Positions 41,787-52,928 of a stretch of 64,000 nt of DNA are shown in pieces. This stretch comes from Candidatus Latescibacterota bacterium (lineage in GTDB: Bacteria > Latescibacterota > UBA2968). The translations under genes and the position numbers were made by a program. Location of the stretch: assembly GCA_965198115.1 (NCBI GenBank), contig OZ240241.1:8128001-8192000 (forward strand), written 5' to 3'. Position 1 is the first letter of the stretch. Every line of letters begins with the position of its first letter. Under the pieces are notes generated by a model, which worked only from the letters and a program-made list of their open reading frames with translations, did not search any database and was not told the DNA's origin.

Positions 41787-42986
41787 TCAGCCGGCTGTGA
41801 GTTCCTCCGGGACTTCGGAGAGATTCACACCCGAGCAGAACGCGACATAGTCGATCAGTTCCGTAATCTCCGGGTCGTCTCCGCAGACGGGGCAGTTTTT
41901 ATCGCGCCGAATGTTGAACTTTTTGAACGACATCTGCAAAGCGTCGTACATCAGCAGCTTTCCGATGAGCGGATCACCCTGTCCGAGGATCAGCTTGACG
42001 ACTTCGGTGGCCTGAATCAGACCGATCGTTCCGGGGAGTACGCCCAGTACGCCGGCCTCTGCGCAGGACGGTGCCATCTCGGCGGGTGGCGGCTCAGGGT
42101 AGAGGCATCGGTAGCACGGCCCGTCGGAATCGCAGGGGAAGACGGTGACCTGGCCGTCGAATCGGAAGATGCTGCCGTCGACGATCGGCTTTCGCGTGAA
42201 CACGCAGGCGTCGTTGATGAGGTAGCGCGTCGGAAAGTTGTCGCACCCGTTCACGACGATGTCGTAGGGCTCGATGATCTCCATCACGTTGTCCGACGTG
42301 AGATACACCTGGTGGGGGATCACGTTGCACGCCGGGTTCAGATCTTTGAGCTTCTCGTAGGCCGATACGGCTTTGGGACGGCCGACGTCGGACGTGCCGT
42401 GCAAAATCTGCCGCTGGAGGTTCGTCACGTCGACGACGTCCGCGTCGAGAATCCCTACGGTGCCCACACCCGCCGCCGCGAGGTAGAAAGCGGACGGGCT
42501 TCCCAGCCCACCGGCTCCGATCAGGAGGACCTTGGCATCGAGCAGTTTTCCCTGTCCACGTTCCCCCACCTCGGGAACGAGCAAGTGACGGGCATAGCGG
42601 AACTGTTCGGCTTTGCTGAGCGCCCGGTCACGGTCGCCCGCGTAGCCGGCGGCGACCCACGCATCGTATCCACCGTCGACGTAGGCGACACTCTCGTAGC
42701 CCATCACCGACAGGTCACGTGCCGCGAGCGGCGCCTGCCCGTCGTGACCATACACGAGGATAGAGGCGTTACGGTCGTTTACGACACCCTCGATCTGTAG
42801 CTCGAGGAATCCGCGTGGAATGTTCTGCGCACCGGGAATGTAGCCATCGGCGAAGTCTTCGCGCTCCCGGACGTCGATCAACACGGTCTGGCTGCCGTTG
42901 TTGAGGCGGCTGTGTGCCTCGTCGACGGTGATGGAGTCGACCTGCGTCTTGACCTCTTCTAAAAGGTCTGCGAATGCTGAGCTCAT
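41787..42986 (-). CDS. moeB: MoeZ/MoeB sulfur-carrier adenylyltransferase with an N-terminal rhodanese domain
   Basis: IDVRE rhodanese, RYARH, GAGGLG, NLQRQ, CYRC and CPVC. Confidence 0.88.
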   Translation of the reverse strand: MSSAFADLLEEVKTQVDSITVDEAHSRLNNGSQTVLIDVREREDFADGYIPGAQNIPRGFLELQIEGVVNDRNASILVYGHDGQAPLAARDLSVMGYESVAYVDGGYDAWVAAGYAGDRDRALSKAEQFRYARHLLVPEVGERGQGKLLDAKVLLIGAGGLGSPSAFYLAAAGVGTVGILDADVVDVTNLQRQILHGTSDVGRPKAVSAYEKLKDLNPACNVIPHQVYLTSDNVMEIIEPYDIVVNGCDNFPTRYLINDACVFTRKPIVDGSIFRFDGQVTVFPCDSDGPCYRCLYPEPPPAEMAPSCAEAGVLGVLPGTIGLIQATEVVKLILGQGDPLIGKLLMYDALQMSFKKFNIRRDKNCPVCGDDPEITELIDYVAFCSGVNLSEVPEELTAG

Positions 42987-43078
42987 GAGTCGTTCCTCGG
43001 GGTGGTCTTCGTGTTGGGTCCGAATCCGACTGAAACCCAAAGATAGGGGAATCGATCGACGCCTACAACCCCGTGCAC

Positions 43079-43897
43079 TCACTCGATTGTGATCTCGGGT
43101 CCCTCGTCTACGAGGTCGTCTATCGTGGCTTCGATCTGTTCTGCGATCGCGTCGAACGCTCCGGCGGTCGCCGCATCGTCGAGGACGATGGGCCGTCCGT
43201 TGTCGCCGCCCTCGCGAATCGCCTGGACGATAGGTAGACGGCCGAGCAAGGGGATGTTGAAATGGGCGGCGATCCGCTCGCCGCCGCCGTCTCCGAAAAG
43301 CCCGACGCGGTCGTCGCAATCGGGACATTCAAAATAGCTCATGTTCTCGACGACGCCGATTAGCGGGACATCGACCTTCAAAAGCATCTCACCCCCGCGG
43401 ACGGTATCTTCGAGCGCGACCGTCTGCGGGGTCGTCACGACGACAGCGCCCGACACGGCGAGGCTCTGGGCTAGGGTGAGCTGTGCGTCGCCCGTGCCCG
43501 GTGGCAGGTCGATGACGAGGTAATCCAGCTCGCCCCAGTGCACGTCGACGATGAATTGCTGGATCATGCGCCCCACGATGGGACCGCGCCAGATGATGGG
43601 GGTATCCTCCCCAGCGATCAGACCGATGGACATGAACCGAAGCCCGTGATTTTCGCAAGGGAGGATACGGCCTTCGCGCGTGACCGGTTCGTCGGAGACG
43701 CCCATCATCATATGCATGCTGGGCCCGTGGATGTCGGCGTCCATCAAGCCTACGTCGTGTTCGCGCCGGGCGAGCGTCACGGCCAGGTTCGCCGCGACAG
43801 TGGACTTGCCGACGCCTCCCTTACAGCTGGAGACGGCGATGACGTGACGGACACCCGGAAGAGGCTTGGGTTGCGGGGGCTGCGCCGGTGGCTGCAT
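43079..43897 (-). CDS. mrp: Mrp/ApbC (NBP35) Fe-S carrier ATPase
   Basis: KGGVGKST, DLPPGTGD, ENMS..CPDC. Confidence 0.92.
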   Translation of the reverse strand: MQPPAQPPQPKPLPGVRHVIAVSSCKGGVGKSTVAANLAVTLARREHDVGLMDADIHGPSMHMMMGVSDEPVTREGRILPCENHGLRFMSIGLIAGEDTPIIWRGPIVGRMIQQFIVDVHWGELDYLVIDLPPGTGDAQLTLAQSLAVSGAVVVTTPQTVALEDTVRGGEMLLKVDVPLIGVVENMSYFECPDCDDRVGLFGDGGGERIAAHFNIPLLGRLPIVQAIREGGDNGRPIVLDDAATAGAFDAIAEQIEATIDDLVDEGPEITIE

Positions 43898-44010
43898 TTC
43901 CTGATCCCTCTGGTGTTTTTTGCACGCTTTCTGCGGTTGGTTTGGACGCAGTGATGGCTTTTTGGGGACTGAACACGGACAGCTGGGCGGGTTCAGAGCC
44001 CGCTCGTGTG

Positions 44011-45180
44011 TCAGACGACAGACTTGCCGCTTGCGATTTGACGCAACCGATCGACTTCTTCGCTCACACGGCCGACGACGTAATCGACCTCTTCCTGGGT
44101 GTTGAAGCGCCCCAGCCCGAATCGAATGCTGCTTTGCGCGAGGTCTTTGGATAGCCCCATCGCACGCAGCACGTATGAGGGTTCGAGGCTGGCGGACGTG
44201 CACGCCGAGCCCGAGGAGAGGGCAATCTCCCGAAGGCCCATCAGGAGACCCTCACCGTCGACGGCTTCGAAGCTGACGTTCAGGTTGCCCGGCAGTCGCT
44301 TCTCGAGGTGTCCGTTCGGGTGGATGCCCTCGATACGCCCGGTGAGCTGGTCGTGCAAGTCCGTTCGCAGGGCCAACAGCTGTGACGCTTCCTCGGCCAG
44401 CTCGTTCCGGGCGATCCTTGAGGCTTCTCCCAACCCCACGATGCCAGGGACGTTCATCGTTCCGGAACGGAGACCGCGCTCGTGGCCACCGCCATCCATC
44501 TGTGCGATCAGCCGAGGTCGCGGGCGGTTGCGGACGTAGAGTGCCCCTGCTCCTTTGGGTCCGTGAAACTTGTGTGCCGACAACGACAAGAGATCGATCT
44601 GGGCGTCGTTCACGTCGATCGGGATTTTGCCGATGGCCTGGGCAGCGTCGGTGTGGAAGGTGATGCCGCGTTCTCTGCAAAAGTGCCCGATTTCGGAAAA
44701 CGGTTGGACGACGCCCACTTCGTTGTTGGCCACCATGATGGTGATGAGGATCGTGTCGGGTCGGCAGGCCTCTTTCAGTCTGTCGAGGTTGATCAGACCG
44801 TTGGCGTCGACGGGCAGGATGGTGATTTCGAATTCCTGTCGCCGCAGTGCGTCGCAAGAATCGAGCGTGGCGTGGTGTTCGGTGGCCTGGGTGATGATGT
44901 GCCGGCCGCGATCGCGGTTGGCGTGGGCAACGCCCTTGATCGCGAGGTTGCTCGACTCTGTGGCGCCGCTGGTGAAAATGATCTCTTTGGGGGTTGCGTT
45001 CAAGATGGCGGCGACCTGCTCACGGGCGTCCTCGACGGCCGATTCGGCCGTCCATCCGAAGTCGTGCGTGCGACTGGCCGCGTTGCCGTAGGTGTCGGCG
45101 AAGTAGGGGAGCATCACGTCGAGGACGCGGGGATCGACCCGCGTCGTGGCGTGGTTGTCCATGTAGATCGGCAAGTCCAT
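44011..45180 (-). CDS. iscS: Cysteine desulfurase
   Basis: YMDNHATT, SAHKFHGPKG, SSGSACTS; promoter TTGACG-N17-TATATT at 45190-45218 (minus strand). Confidence 0.93.
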   Translation of the reverse strand: MDLPIYMDNHATTRVDPRVLDVMLPYFADTYGNAASRTHDFGWTAESAVEDAREQVAAILNATPKEIIFTSGATESSNLAIKGVAHANRDRGRHIITQATEHHATLDSCDALRRQEFEITILPVDANGLINLDRLKEACRPDTILITIMVANNEVGVVQPFSEIGHFCRERGITFHTDAAQAIGKIPIDVNDAQIDLLSLSAHKFHGPKGAGALYVRNRPRPRLIAQMDGGGHERGLRSGTMNVPGIVGLGEASRIARNELAEEASQLLALRTDLHDQLTGRIEGIHPNGHLEKRLPGNLNVSFEAVDGEGLLMGLREIALSSGSACTSASLEPSYVLRAMGLSKDLAQSSIRFGLGRFNTQEEVDYVVGRVSEEVDRLRQIASGKSVV

Positions 45181-45229
45181 ATGGCGACGAATATACTGGA
45201 GGCCCCATGGGGCGTCAAGCGGGCGGTAA

Positions 45230-46517
45230 GGGTTTGCCACGAAATAAGTGCTGCACTTTTCAAGGTAATGATCTTACGCTCGGAGTGTGGACGTCGAAAC
45301 TCTCCGAACGAAGTATGAAGCCTTGGCTCCGGTGCTGACGGAACGCACGCGTCGTCTGTGGGCCGCCACGGAAGCCGAAGCGTTGGGTCACGGTGGGATC
45401 GCGATTGTGGCTCTGGCGACAGGAATGTCCAGAGAGCGGATCTTTCGTGGCATTCAGGAGTTGAGGTCGGACGAACCTTTGGACCCGGCTCGCATCCGGC
45501 GTCCAGGCGGCGGTCGTAAGCGGAAGGCCGACACGGACCCGACGCTGTGGCAGGACCTGAATGATCTGGTCGAGCCAACGACTGCGGGGTCGCCTGACGA
45601 CAATCCTCTGAGATGGACATCGAAGAGCACTCGCAAACTGGCCGCCGAGTTGCAAGCGATGGGGCATTCGGTGAGCCCCAGGATCGTTGCCAATCTCCTG
45701 CACGAACACGATTACACGCTGCAGGCGAATCGGAAGACAAGGGAGGGATCTGCACACCCGGATCGGGACGCTCAGTTCGTTTACCTCGATGATCGGATTA
45801 GCCAGCAGCAGCAGCAGGGCCTTCCCGTTATCTCGGTGGACACCAAGAAGAAAGAGTTGATCGGCGACTTCAAGAATCCTGGCCGAGAATGGCGACCCAA
45901 GGGAGACCCGGAGCGTGTGAAGGTACACGATTTCATAGTGCCTGCTCAGGGCAAGGCGATCCCTTATGGAGTGTATGATCTGAGCCGTGATGAAGGCTGG
46001 GTAAGTGTCGGTATCGATCACGACACGGCCAGCTTCGCCGTGAATGCGATCCGAAGTTGGTGGAAGAACATGGGACGGCCCGCCTACGGCACTTCGACGC
46101 ATCTGCTAATCACGGCGGACGCAGGCGGCAGCAACGGCGCCAAGACGCGGCTGTGGAAGTGGGAGCTGCAGCGCTTTGCGAATCGCACTGGCCTGACGAT
46201 CACCGTATGCCACTACCCTCCTGGCACTAGTAAGTGGAACAAGATCGAACATCGCCTGTTCTCCTTCATCGCTATGAACTGGCAAGGCAAGCCCCTGGTC
46301 AGCCTGGCTGCAACCGTGAATCTCATTGCCGGAACGACCACTCAAGCCGGTCTCCGAGTACGAGATCGACAAGCGACCCTACCCTAACGGGGTCAAGGTG
46401 ACCGATGAACAGATGACCCAAATCGATCTCACTCCGCACGATTTCCACGGCGACTGGAACTACACGATCCGGCCAATGGCTCAACATTGAGATCGACCGT
46501 TTATTTATTCCGAACCC
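45230..46517 (+). mobile_element. ISAzo13-family insertion sequence; transposase 45287-46490 with a frameshift near 46361
   Basis: ISVDTKKKE, ITADAGGSN, PPGTSKWNKIEHRLFS, FHGDWNYTI; GGGT...ACCC ends; TAA duplicated at 45227-45229 and 46518-46520. Confidence 0.9.
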
Positions 46518-46539
46518 TAAACGACTGATTGATCGTGGG

Positions 46540-47469
46540 TTATCGTTCGTTCCCGCGACCCAGAAGAGCCTCCACGAAGCGATCGGGATCGAACGGCTGC
46601 AGGTCGTCCTCACGCTCGCCGAGCCCCACTAGACGAACGGGCACATCCAGTTCTTCCGCGACGGCGATGACGACCCCGCCCTTGGCTGTTCCGTCGAGCT
46701 TGGCCAGGACGACTCCGGTCAGGACGACGTCGCGGTGGAATGCCCGGGCCTGCTCGACGGCGTTCTGTCCCGTCGTGGCGTCCAGGACCAGCAGCGTTTC
46801 GTGTGGTGCGCCCTCGACGGCTCGGGACAGGACGCGGTGGATTTTTTTGAGTTCTTCCATGAGGTGGACCTTGGTGTGCAGCCGGCCTGCGGTGTCGATC
46901 AATACGACGTCGACCCGTCGAGCCACGGCGGCCTCCATCGCATCGTAGGCGACAGACGCCGCGTCGGCGCCGGCCTGATGTCGAACGATGTCGGCACCCG
47001 TCCTCCGGGCCCAGACTTCGAGCTGATCGATCGCGGCTGCACGGAACGTGTCACACGCGGCGATCAGAACGCGTTTTCCGTCGTCGGCGAAGCGCTTTGA
47101 GAGTTTGCCGATCGTCGTCGTTTTGCCGGCACCGTTGACGCCCACGATGAGGATGACGGTCGGGTTGTGGGACAGGTCGATCGGGGCGGGTGAGGTCAGG
47201 GTGCCGCTCAGTTCGGTGGCGAGGACGTCGAACACCCCTCCTTCGAGATCCTCTGCGTCGCCGGTCCCGTAGCGCTCGCGGAGACGGTCGATGAGGCGCA
47301 GAGATGTCTCGACCCCGATGTCGGCCTGGATCAGGATCTCTTCGATCTCCTCGAGGGTGTCTTCATCGAGCCTGGGTTTGCCCTCGACGATCTCTCTGAT
47401 GCGCTCGACGACCGACTCACGCGTCTTCGCCAGCCCCTCTCTGAACTTGCTCAGAATCCCCCCAAGCAT
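46540..47469 (-). CDS. ftsY: SRP receptor FtsY
   Basis: GVNGAGKTT, DTFRAAA, DTAGR, KLDGTAKGG. Confidence 0.96.
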   Translation of the reverse strand: MLGGILSKFREGLAKTRESVVERIREIVEGKPRLDEDTLEEIEEILIQADIGVETSLRLIDRLRERYGTGDAEDLEGGVFDVLATELSGTLTSPAPIDLSHNPTVILIVGVNGAGKTTTIGKLSKRFADDGKRVLIAACDTFRAAAIDQLEVWARRTGADIVRHQAGADAASVAYDAMEAAVARRVDVVLIDTAGRLHTKVHLMEELKKIHRVLSRAVEGAPHETLLVLDATTGQNAVEQARAFHRDVVLTGVVLAKLDGTAKGGVVIAVAEELDVPVRLVGLGEREDDLQPFDPDRFVEALLGRGNER

Positions 47470-47598
47470 CGTCTCTCCTTCGGTCCTCGTCGTGGCGTTG
47501 CGCGCAGGTGCGAAACGGAGAAGGCCGACCCATTCAGGTCGGCCTGTGTGCTGTTGCGATCGGGAGTCGTACTTCCCGAGTCGGGATCGGGCGGAATC

Positions 47599-48480
47599 CT
47601 ATTCCAGGAGTTCGAGAATTCGATTGAGGTCATCCATCGAATAGAACTCGATCTCGATCCGACCCACCTTGCCCTTTTGATTGATGTGAACGGCTGTTCC
47701 GAGGTGCCGGCGTAGCTTTTCCTCGGCATCGGCGACGAGCGGATCCATCGGCGGTCTACGCGTTGTCGGTTTGGACGGGGCCGGGCCTTGCCGCGCTTCT
47801 TTGACGAGGGCCTCCACGCGACGGACGGACAGCCCCTTGGCGACGATGTCTCGACAGAGAAGGATGCGCGCATCGTCGTCGTCCAGCCCGAGCAGCGCGC
47901 GCGCGTGGCCTGCGGAAATCTCGCCCGACTCGAGTGCGTCACGGACGATGTCGGGAAGCGAGAGGAGGCGAAGCGTGTTCGTGATGGTCGAACGGTCCTT
48001 CGAGACGCGCTCGGCGACCTCTTCCTGAGTGAGGAAACATTCTTCGATCAGACTGCGATAGGCGCGGGCCTCCTCGACGGGGTTGAGATCCTCTCGCTGG
48101 ATGTTCTCGATGAGCGAGAGCTCCATCATCTCTTCGTCGGAGTTGACGTCCACGACGATCGCCGAAATGGTTTCGAGTCCCACAATTCGGCTGGCGCGCA
48201 GGCGCCGTTCTCCGGCGATCAGCTGATAGCCGGACCCCCATCGCCGGATGTTGATCGGCTGAAGCAGTCCCTTTTTCCGAATCGAGTCGGCCAGTTCCTC
48301 GACAGAGTCGTCGTCGAACCGCTCCCGAGGCTGATGGGGGTTGGGTTCTATCGAGTCGATCGATATCTGGAGGATGGACTGGCCGTCTGGCGGCGAGTCC
48401 GAACCGTTTCCGCCAGTGGCCTCGTCGGCGCCCGGTATCAGCGCGCCGAGACCCTTGCCGAGGGCCTGTCGCTTAGCCAT
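47599..48480 (-). CDS. parB: Chromosome partition protein ParB/Spo0J
   Basis: LGKGLGALI, GERRLRA, ENIQREDL, HTH, C-terminal dimerisation domain. Confidence 0.95.
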   Translation of the reverse strand: MAKRQALGKGLGALIPGADEATGGNGSDSPPDGQSILQISIDSIEPNPHQPRERFDDDSVEELADSIRKKGLLQPINIRRWGSGYQLIAGERRLRASRIVGLETISAIVVDVNSDEEMMELSLIENIQREDLNPVEEARAYRSLIEECFLTQEEVAERVSKDRSTITNTLRLLSLPDIVRDALESGEISAGHARALLGLDDDDARILLCRDIVAKGLSVRRVEALVKEARQGPAPSKPTTRRPPMDPLVADAEEKLRRHLGTAVHINQKGKVGRIEIEFYSMDDLNRILELLE

Positions 48481-49234
48481 GCTCGAGTACCTCCCCGGCC
48501 AGACTGATGTAGTTCTGTGCGCCCGCGGACATGATGTCGTAGAGGATCACGGGCTTTCCAAAGCTGGGGGCCTCGCCCAGTTTGACGTTGCGCCCGATGA
48601 CCGTTTTATAGACGCGCTCGCCAAAGTGATTGCGCGCCTCGTCGGCGACCTGCCGTGACAGGTTGAGCCGACCGTCGAACATCGTAAGCAGGACGCCTTC
48701 GACCTGGAGCTTGGGATTGAGGTGCTTCTGTACGAGACCGAGTGTGTTCATGAGCTTGCTCAGCCCTTCGAGGGCGTAGTATTCGCACTGGATGGGAATC
48801 AGGACCGAGTCGGCCGCCGTGAGGGCGTTGAGGGTGAGCAGACCCAGAGACGGAGGGCAATCGATGATGATGTAGTCGTAGGCGTCACGCGCCGCTTCGA
48901 GGGCCTCTTCGAGCTTTCGGTCTCGAGAGATGGCACCGACCATCTCGACTTCGGCACCCGTGAGGCGAATGTGAGAGGGCGCCAAACAGAGGAAGGGGAC
49001 TTCCGTTTCCTGGACGATGTCGGTGAGTGGCTGATCCTGCACGAGCACTTCGTAGATGCAGGGGCTGCTCTCGTCGAGGACGGTTCCGTAGCCGCTGGTC
49101 GCGTTGGCCTGTGGGTCCATGTCGATCAGCAGCGTCTTCTTTTCTGCGACAGCGACACAGGCGGCGAGGTTGACGGACGTGGTCGTCTTGCCGACGCCGC
49201 CCTTCTGGTTGGCGACTGCGATGATTCGGGCCAT
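48473..49234 (-). CDS. parA: Chromosome partition ATPase ParA/Soj
   Basis: KGGVGKTT, DPQANAT, DCPPSLG. Confidence 0.96.
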   Translation of the reverse strand: MARIIAVANQKGGVGKTTTSVNLAACVAVAEKKTLLIDMDPQANATSGYGTVLDESSPCIYEVLVQDQPLTDIVQETEVPFLCLAPSHIRLTGAEVEMVGAISRDRKLEEALEAARDAYDYIIIDCPPSLGLLTLNALTAADSVLIPIQCEYYALEGLSKLMNTLGLVQKHLNPKLQVEGVLLTMFDGRLNLSRQVADEARNHFGERVYKTVIGRNVKLGEAPSFGKPVILYDIMSAGAQNYISLAGEVLEHG

Positions 49235-49523
49235 GTGGGTGCTCTTGTGGCGGGTGAGACGACGGGGAACGGCAGTAGCAGGGGAAGACGGCTGGAGAGC
49301 CAGAAGGAAATGTCCCGGGGAAGGACTTTCAGAATATAGGCGATGGCCACATACTGCGCAAGCACGGAGGGGTTACACAAGATATTGGGTTTGGCTGAGT
49401 CAGACCCTACGGACGCTATGCGATGAACCCGCACAGGAAGAGAGCGGGGGATCGGGAGCGTATGTGGGCGGGTGACATTGAGATCGCCTGCTCTCCCGCT
49501 CTCCCGCTCGCACGCTCCTGGTT

Positions 49524-49995
49524 CTACTCCTCCCCATCGTAATAGTTCAGACCTTCCGAGCGAATCAGCCGACGATCGGACGAGCCACTTCTGACTGTCG
49601 GGATAGTGACAGGACTCACCGATCGGGTTGTCGGCCACGACGAACAGGACCAGGTCCTCCACACCATTGTTCGTGAGCTGATGCGGTTGGTCGGGTGGGA
49701 ACAGGAATGCGTCACCCCGGCCGATGGCGGTCGTTCCGTCTTCGTGTCGGACGAGGCCACTGCCGGACAGGACGTGATAGAACTCCCATTGGGCGCTGTG
49801 AGAGTGGTAGGGGTAGGGGCTCTTGCCCGGGGGAATGCGACAGATCTCCACGTCGAATGGATGGCGCTCGGCGATGTCCGTCGAGTCCCGGACGCGTCCG
49901 AGTGCCTCCGAAATCTGCCTGCCGGCGCCCTCGAACGTCCCCTTGGGAGAGGTCCACGACAACTCCTCGACGTCGTCCGCGTTGACTTTTAGCAC
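49524..49995 (-). CDS. Cupin-domain protein, frameshifted near 49575
   Basis: PYHSHSAQWEFY...HQLTN, YPDSQK; the C-terminal YYDGEE is in another frame; GAGGA RBS before GTG. Confidence 0.75.
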
Positions 49996-50101
49996 GATGG
50001 TCCTCGTTGCGTGATGTCCCGTTGAGACGCGGGATGAAATGGAAGCGCAAAGCCCCCCGGCGGTCGGCCGGAGGGCTTCGCAATACGCTCGAGCGTCGAT
50101 G

Positions 50102-52768
50102 CTACGCCAGCGCGGCCTGGGCCGCGGCCAGCCGGGCGATCGGCACGCGGTAGGGCGAGCAGGAGACGTAGTCCATGCCGACGTTGTGGCAGAAGTGCAC
50201 CGAGTCGGGGTCCCCGCCGTGTTCGCCGCAGATGCCGACCTTGAGTGCTTTGCGACTCTTCCGGCCACGCTGCGTTCCGACTTCGACGAGCTGACCGACG
50301 CCGGCCTGGTCGAGCGATTGGAACGGATCCTGAGGGAGAATGCCCTTGTCGATGTACTCGGCGAGGAACGCACCGGCATCGTCACGCGAGTAGCCAAAGG
50401 TCATCTGGGTCAGGTCGTTCGTTCCGAAGCTGAAGAACTCGGCGGACCGAGCGATCTCGTCGGCGACGAGGGCGGCGCGTGGAATCTCGATCATCGTGCC
50501 CACGAGGTACTTGAAGGTCGTTTTCTTTTCTTTCATGACTTCTTTGGCAACCCGATCCGTCATCTCGCGAAGGTCGGTGAATTCGCGAATCGTGCCGACA
50601 AGCGGGATCATCACTTCGGGCAACGCGTCGACGCGCTTTTTTCGAACGTTGGCGACGGCTTCGAAAATAGCACGGGCCTGCATCTCGTAGATTTCGGGAT
50701 AGGTGATACCGAGACGACAGCCTCGATGGCCGAGCATGGGGTTGAATTCCCTGAGGGCCTCGACTTTGTCGCGGATGACCCGCGGGGTCACTTTCATCTG
50801 CTTGGCCATTTCGGTCTGCGCGTCTTTGTCGTGGGGCAGGAACTCGTGCAGAGGTGGATCGAGCAGCCGGATGGTGACGGGCAGGCCCTTCATGGCTCTG
50901 AAGATGCCCTCGAAGTCGCCGCGCTGGATAGGCAGGAGCTTGCCGAGGGCGCGACGCCGGCCGGTTTCATCGTCGGCGAGAATCATTTCCCGCACCCATC
51001 GGATGCGATCGCCTTCGAAGAACATGTGTTCCGTACGGCAGAGGCCGATGCCCTGGGCGCCGAACTTCCGCGCGACGGCGGAATCGTGCGGCGTGTCGGC
51101 GTTCGTGCGGACGTCGAGCTTGCGGACGTCGTCCGCCCACTTCATCAGTGTGGCGAAGTTTCCCGAAAGCTTCGGTTCCTGCGTCGGAACCTGGCCGAGC
51201 ATGACTTCACCCGAACTTCCGTCGAGCGAAATCCAGTCCCCTGCCTTGACGGTCGTTCCACTGACGGAGAACACTTCCTTACGGTAGTCGATCGACAGGT
51301 CGCCGCATCCCGCGACACAGCACTTGCCCATGCCACGGGCCACGACGGCCGCGTGACTGGTCATCCCACCGCGCGCGGTGAGGATGCCCTGGGCGGCGTT
51401 CATGCCGCCAATGTCCTCGGGCGAAGTCTCCAGGCGAACGAGGATGACCTTCTCGTCCTTGGCAGCCTGGGTTTCCGCATCCTCCGCACTGAAGACGACA
51501 TGACCGGTTGCCGCACCGGGCGAAGCTGGGAGCCCCTTCGTCAGAACCCTCTTCTGGGCGCGGGGATCGAAGGTCGGGTGCAGAAGCTGGTCGAGCTGGG
51601 CGGGGTCGATCCGCTCGATGGCTTCGTTCTTGGTGATGAGCCGCTCCTTGACCATGTCCGTCGCGATCTTGAGGGCCGCTGCCGCCGTGCGCTTGCCCGT
51701 GCGTGTCTGCAGCATCCAGAGTCGGCCTTCCTGCACGGTGAATTCGATGTCCTGCATGTCGCGGTAGTGTTTTTCGAGCGTCTTGTAGATCCGGGTGAGC
51801 GTCTTATACGCCCCGGGCAGCCGTCGGGACATTCTGGCGACCGGTTCGGGCGTCCTCACACCGGCGACGACGTCTTCGCCCTGGGCGTTTATGAGATACT
51901 CGCCGTAGAACTTTCGCTCGCCCGTCGAAGGATTCCGTGTGAAGGCGACGCCGGTGGCGCAGTCGTTGCCCATGTTTCCGTAAACCATAGACTGGACGTT
52001 GACCGCCGTGCCCCACTCGTGGGGAATGCTGTTGATGTTTCGGTAGATGATGGCGCGAGCCCCGTTCCAGGAGCCGAAGACGGCGCTGATGCCGCCCCAC
52101 AGCTGTTCCATCGGGTCTTCGGGAAAAGCCCGTCCTGCCCGCCGCTTGACGATGGCTTTAAAATCGGCCGTCAGCTTCTTGAGGTCGTTGGTGGTGAGTT
52201 CGGTGTCGAGGGTGACGCCCCGTCGCTCTTTAATGCGGTCGATAGCGACCTCGAACGGGTCGTGCTCCTTGCCTTCGGCGGCGACTCCCATGACGACATC
52301 GCCGTAGGTCTGTATGAATCGTCTGTAGGCGTCCCAAACGAACCGCTCGTTTCCCGATTTCGCGATCAGTCCTTCTGCGATCTCGTCGTTCAACCCCAAG
52401 TTCAAAACCGTTTCCATCATGCCGGGCATGGAGACGCGCGCCCCGGATCGAACGGACAGTAGAAGCGGGTTGTCGGGGTTCCCGAACTCGCCGCCCATTA
52501 CTTTCTCGATCTTTTTGATGTTGGTCGCGACCTGTGAACGGAGTTCGCGGGGATAGTTCTCCCCGTGGTCGTAATAGTAGGTGCAGACTTCGGTCGTGAT
52601 CGTGAAACCGGCGGGCACCGGGAGTCCGATGGTCGCCATCTCGCCGAGGTTTGCGCCCTTCCCGCCGAGCAGATTCCGCATCTGCCCCTTGCCGTCTGCC
52701 TTACCGTCGCCAAAAAAGTAGACGAGCTTCTTACGCGACGGCCTGGAAGCTTTTTTGGCCTTAGCCAT
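50102..52768 (-). CDS. ppdK: Pyruvate, phosphate dikinase
   Basis: [15 protein letters not shown] phospho-His motif, CRTEHM, GTNDLTQ. Confidence 0.97.
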   Translation of the reverse strand: MAKAKKASRPSRKKLVYFFGDGKADGKGQMRNLLGGKGANLGEMATIGLPVPAGFTITTEVCTYYYDHGENYPRELRSQVATNIKKIEKVMGGEFGNPDNPLLLSVRSGARVSMPGMMETVLNLGLNDEIAEGLIAKSGNERFVWDAYRRFIQTYGDVVMGVAAEGKEHDPFEVAIDRIKERRGVTLDTELTTNDLKKLTADFKAIVKRRAGRAFPEDPMEQLWGGISAVFGSWNGARAIIYRNINSIPHEWGTAVNVQSMVYGNMGNDCATGVAFTRNPSTGERKFYGEYLINAQGEDVVAGVRTPEPVARMSRRLPGAYKTLTRIYKTLEKHYRDMQDIEFTVQEGRLWMLQTRTGKRTAAAALKIATDMVKERLITKNEAIERIDPAQLDQLLHPTFDPRAQKRVLTKGLPASPGAATGHVVFSAEDAETQAAKDEKVILVRLETSPEDIGGMNAAQGILTARGGMTSHAAVVARGMGKCCVAGCGDLSIDYRKEVFSVSGTTVKAGDWISLDGSSGEVMLGQVPTQEPKLSGNFATLMKWADDVRKLDVRTNADTPHDSAVARKFGAQGIGLCRTEHMFFEGDRIRWVREMILADDETGRRRALGKLLPIQRGDFEGIFRAMKGLPVTIRLLDPPLHEFLPHDKDAQTEMAKQMKVTPRVIRDKVEALREFNPMLGHRGCRLGITYPEIYEMQARAIFEAVANVRKKRVDALPEVMIPLVGTIREFTDLREMTDRVAKEVMKEKKTTFKYLVGTMIEIPRAALVADEIARSAEFFSFGTNDLTQMTFGYSRDDAGAFLAEYIDKGILPQDPFQSLDQAGVGQLVEVGTQRGRKSRKALKVGICGEHGGDPDSVHFCHNVGMDYVSCSPYRVPIARLAAAQAALA

Positions 52769-52928
52769 GTGTTCCTCCTGTGACTCACCAACATCCCGCA
52801 CCCGGAACCCGAAACACGAGCACTCTACACGGCGATGCGAAGTCAAAGTCGTGATTTTTGGTTGCTTACAGACCGCCAAATATATGGGGGGGACGTAGCT
52901 GGATCAAGCCGGATATAGGCGAGAACGC

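Noticed and set aside
47470-49520. parS sites or oriC near parAB
   Set aside because: No TGTTTCACGTGAAACA-like palindrome or DnaA-box cluster found by eye.
50039-52462. 807-aa plus-strand ORF
   Set aside because: Antisense shadow of ppdK. The same applies to 60337..62343, 41682..42800 and 18249..19376, which are alternative-frame or antisense ORFs over real genes.
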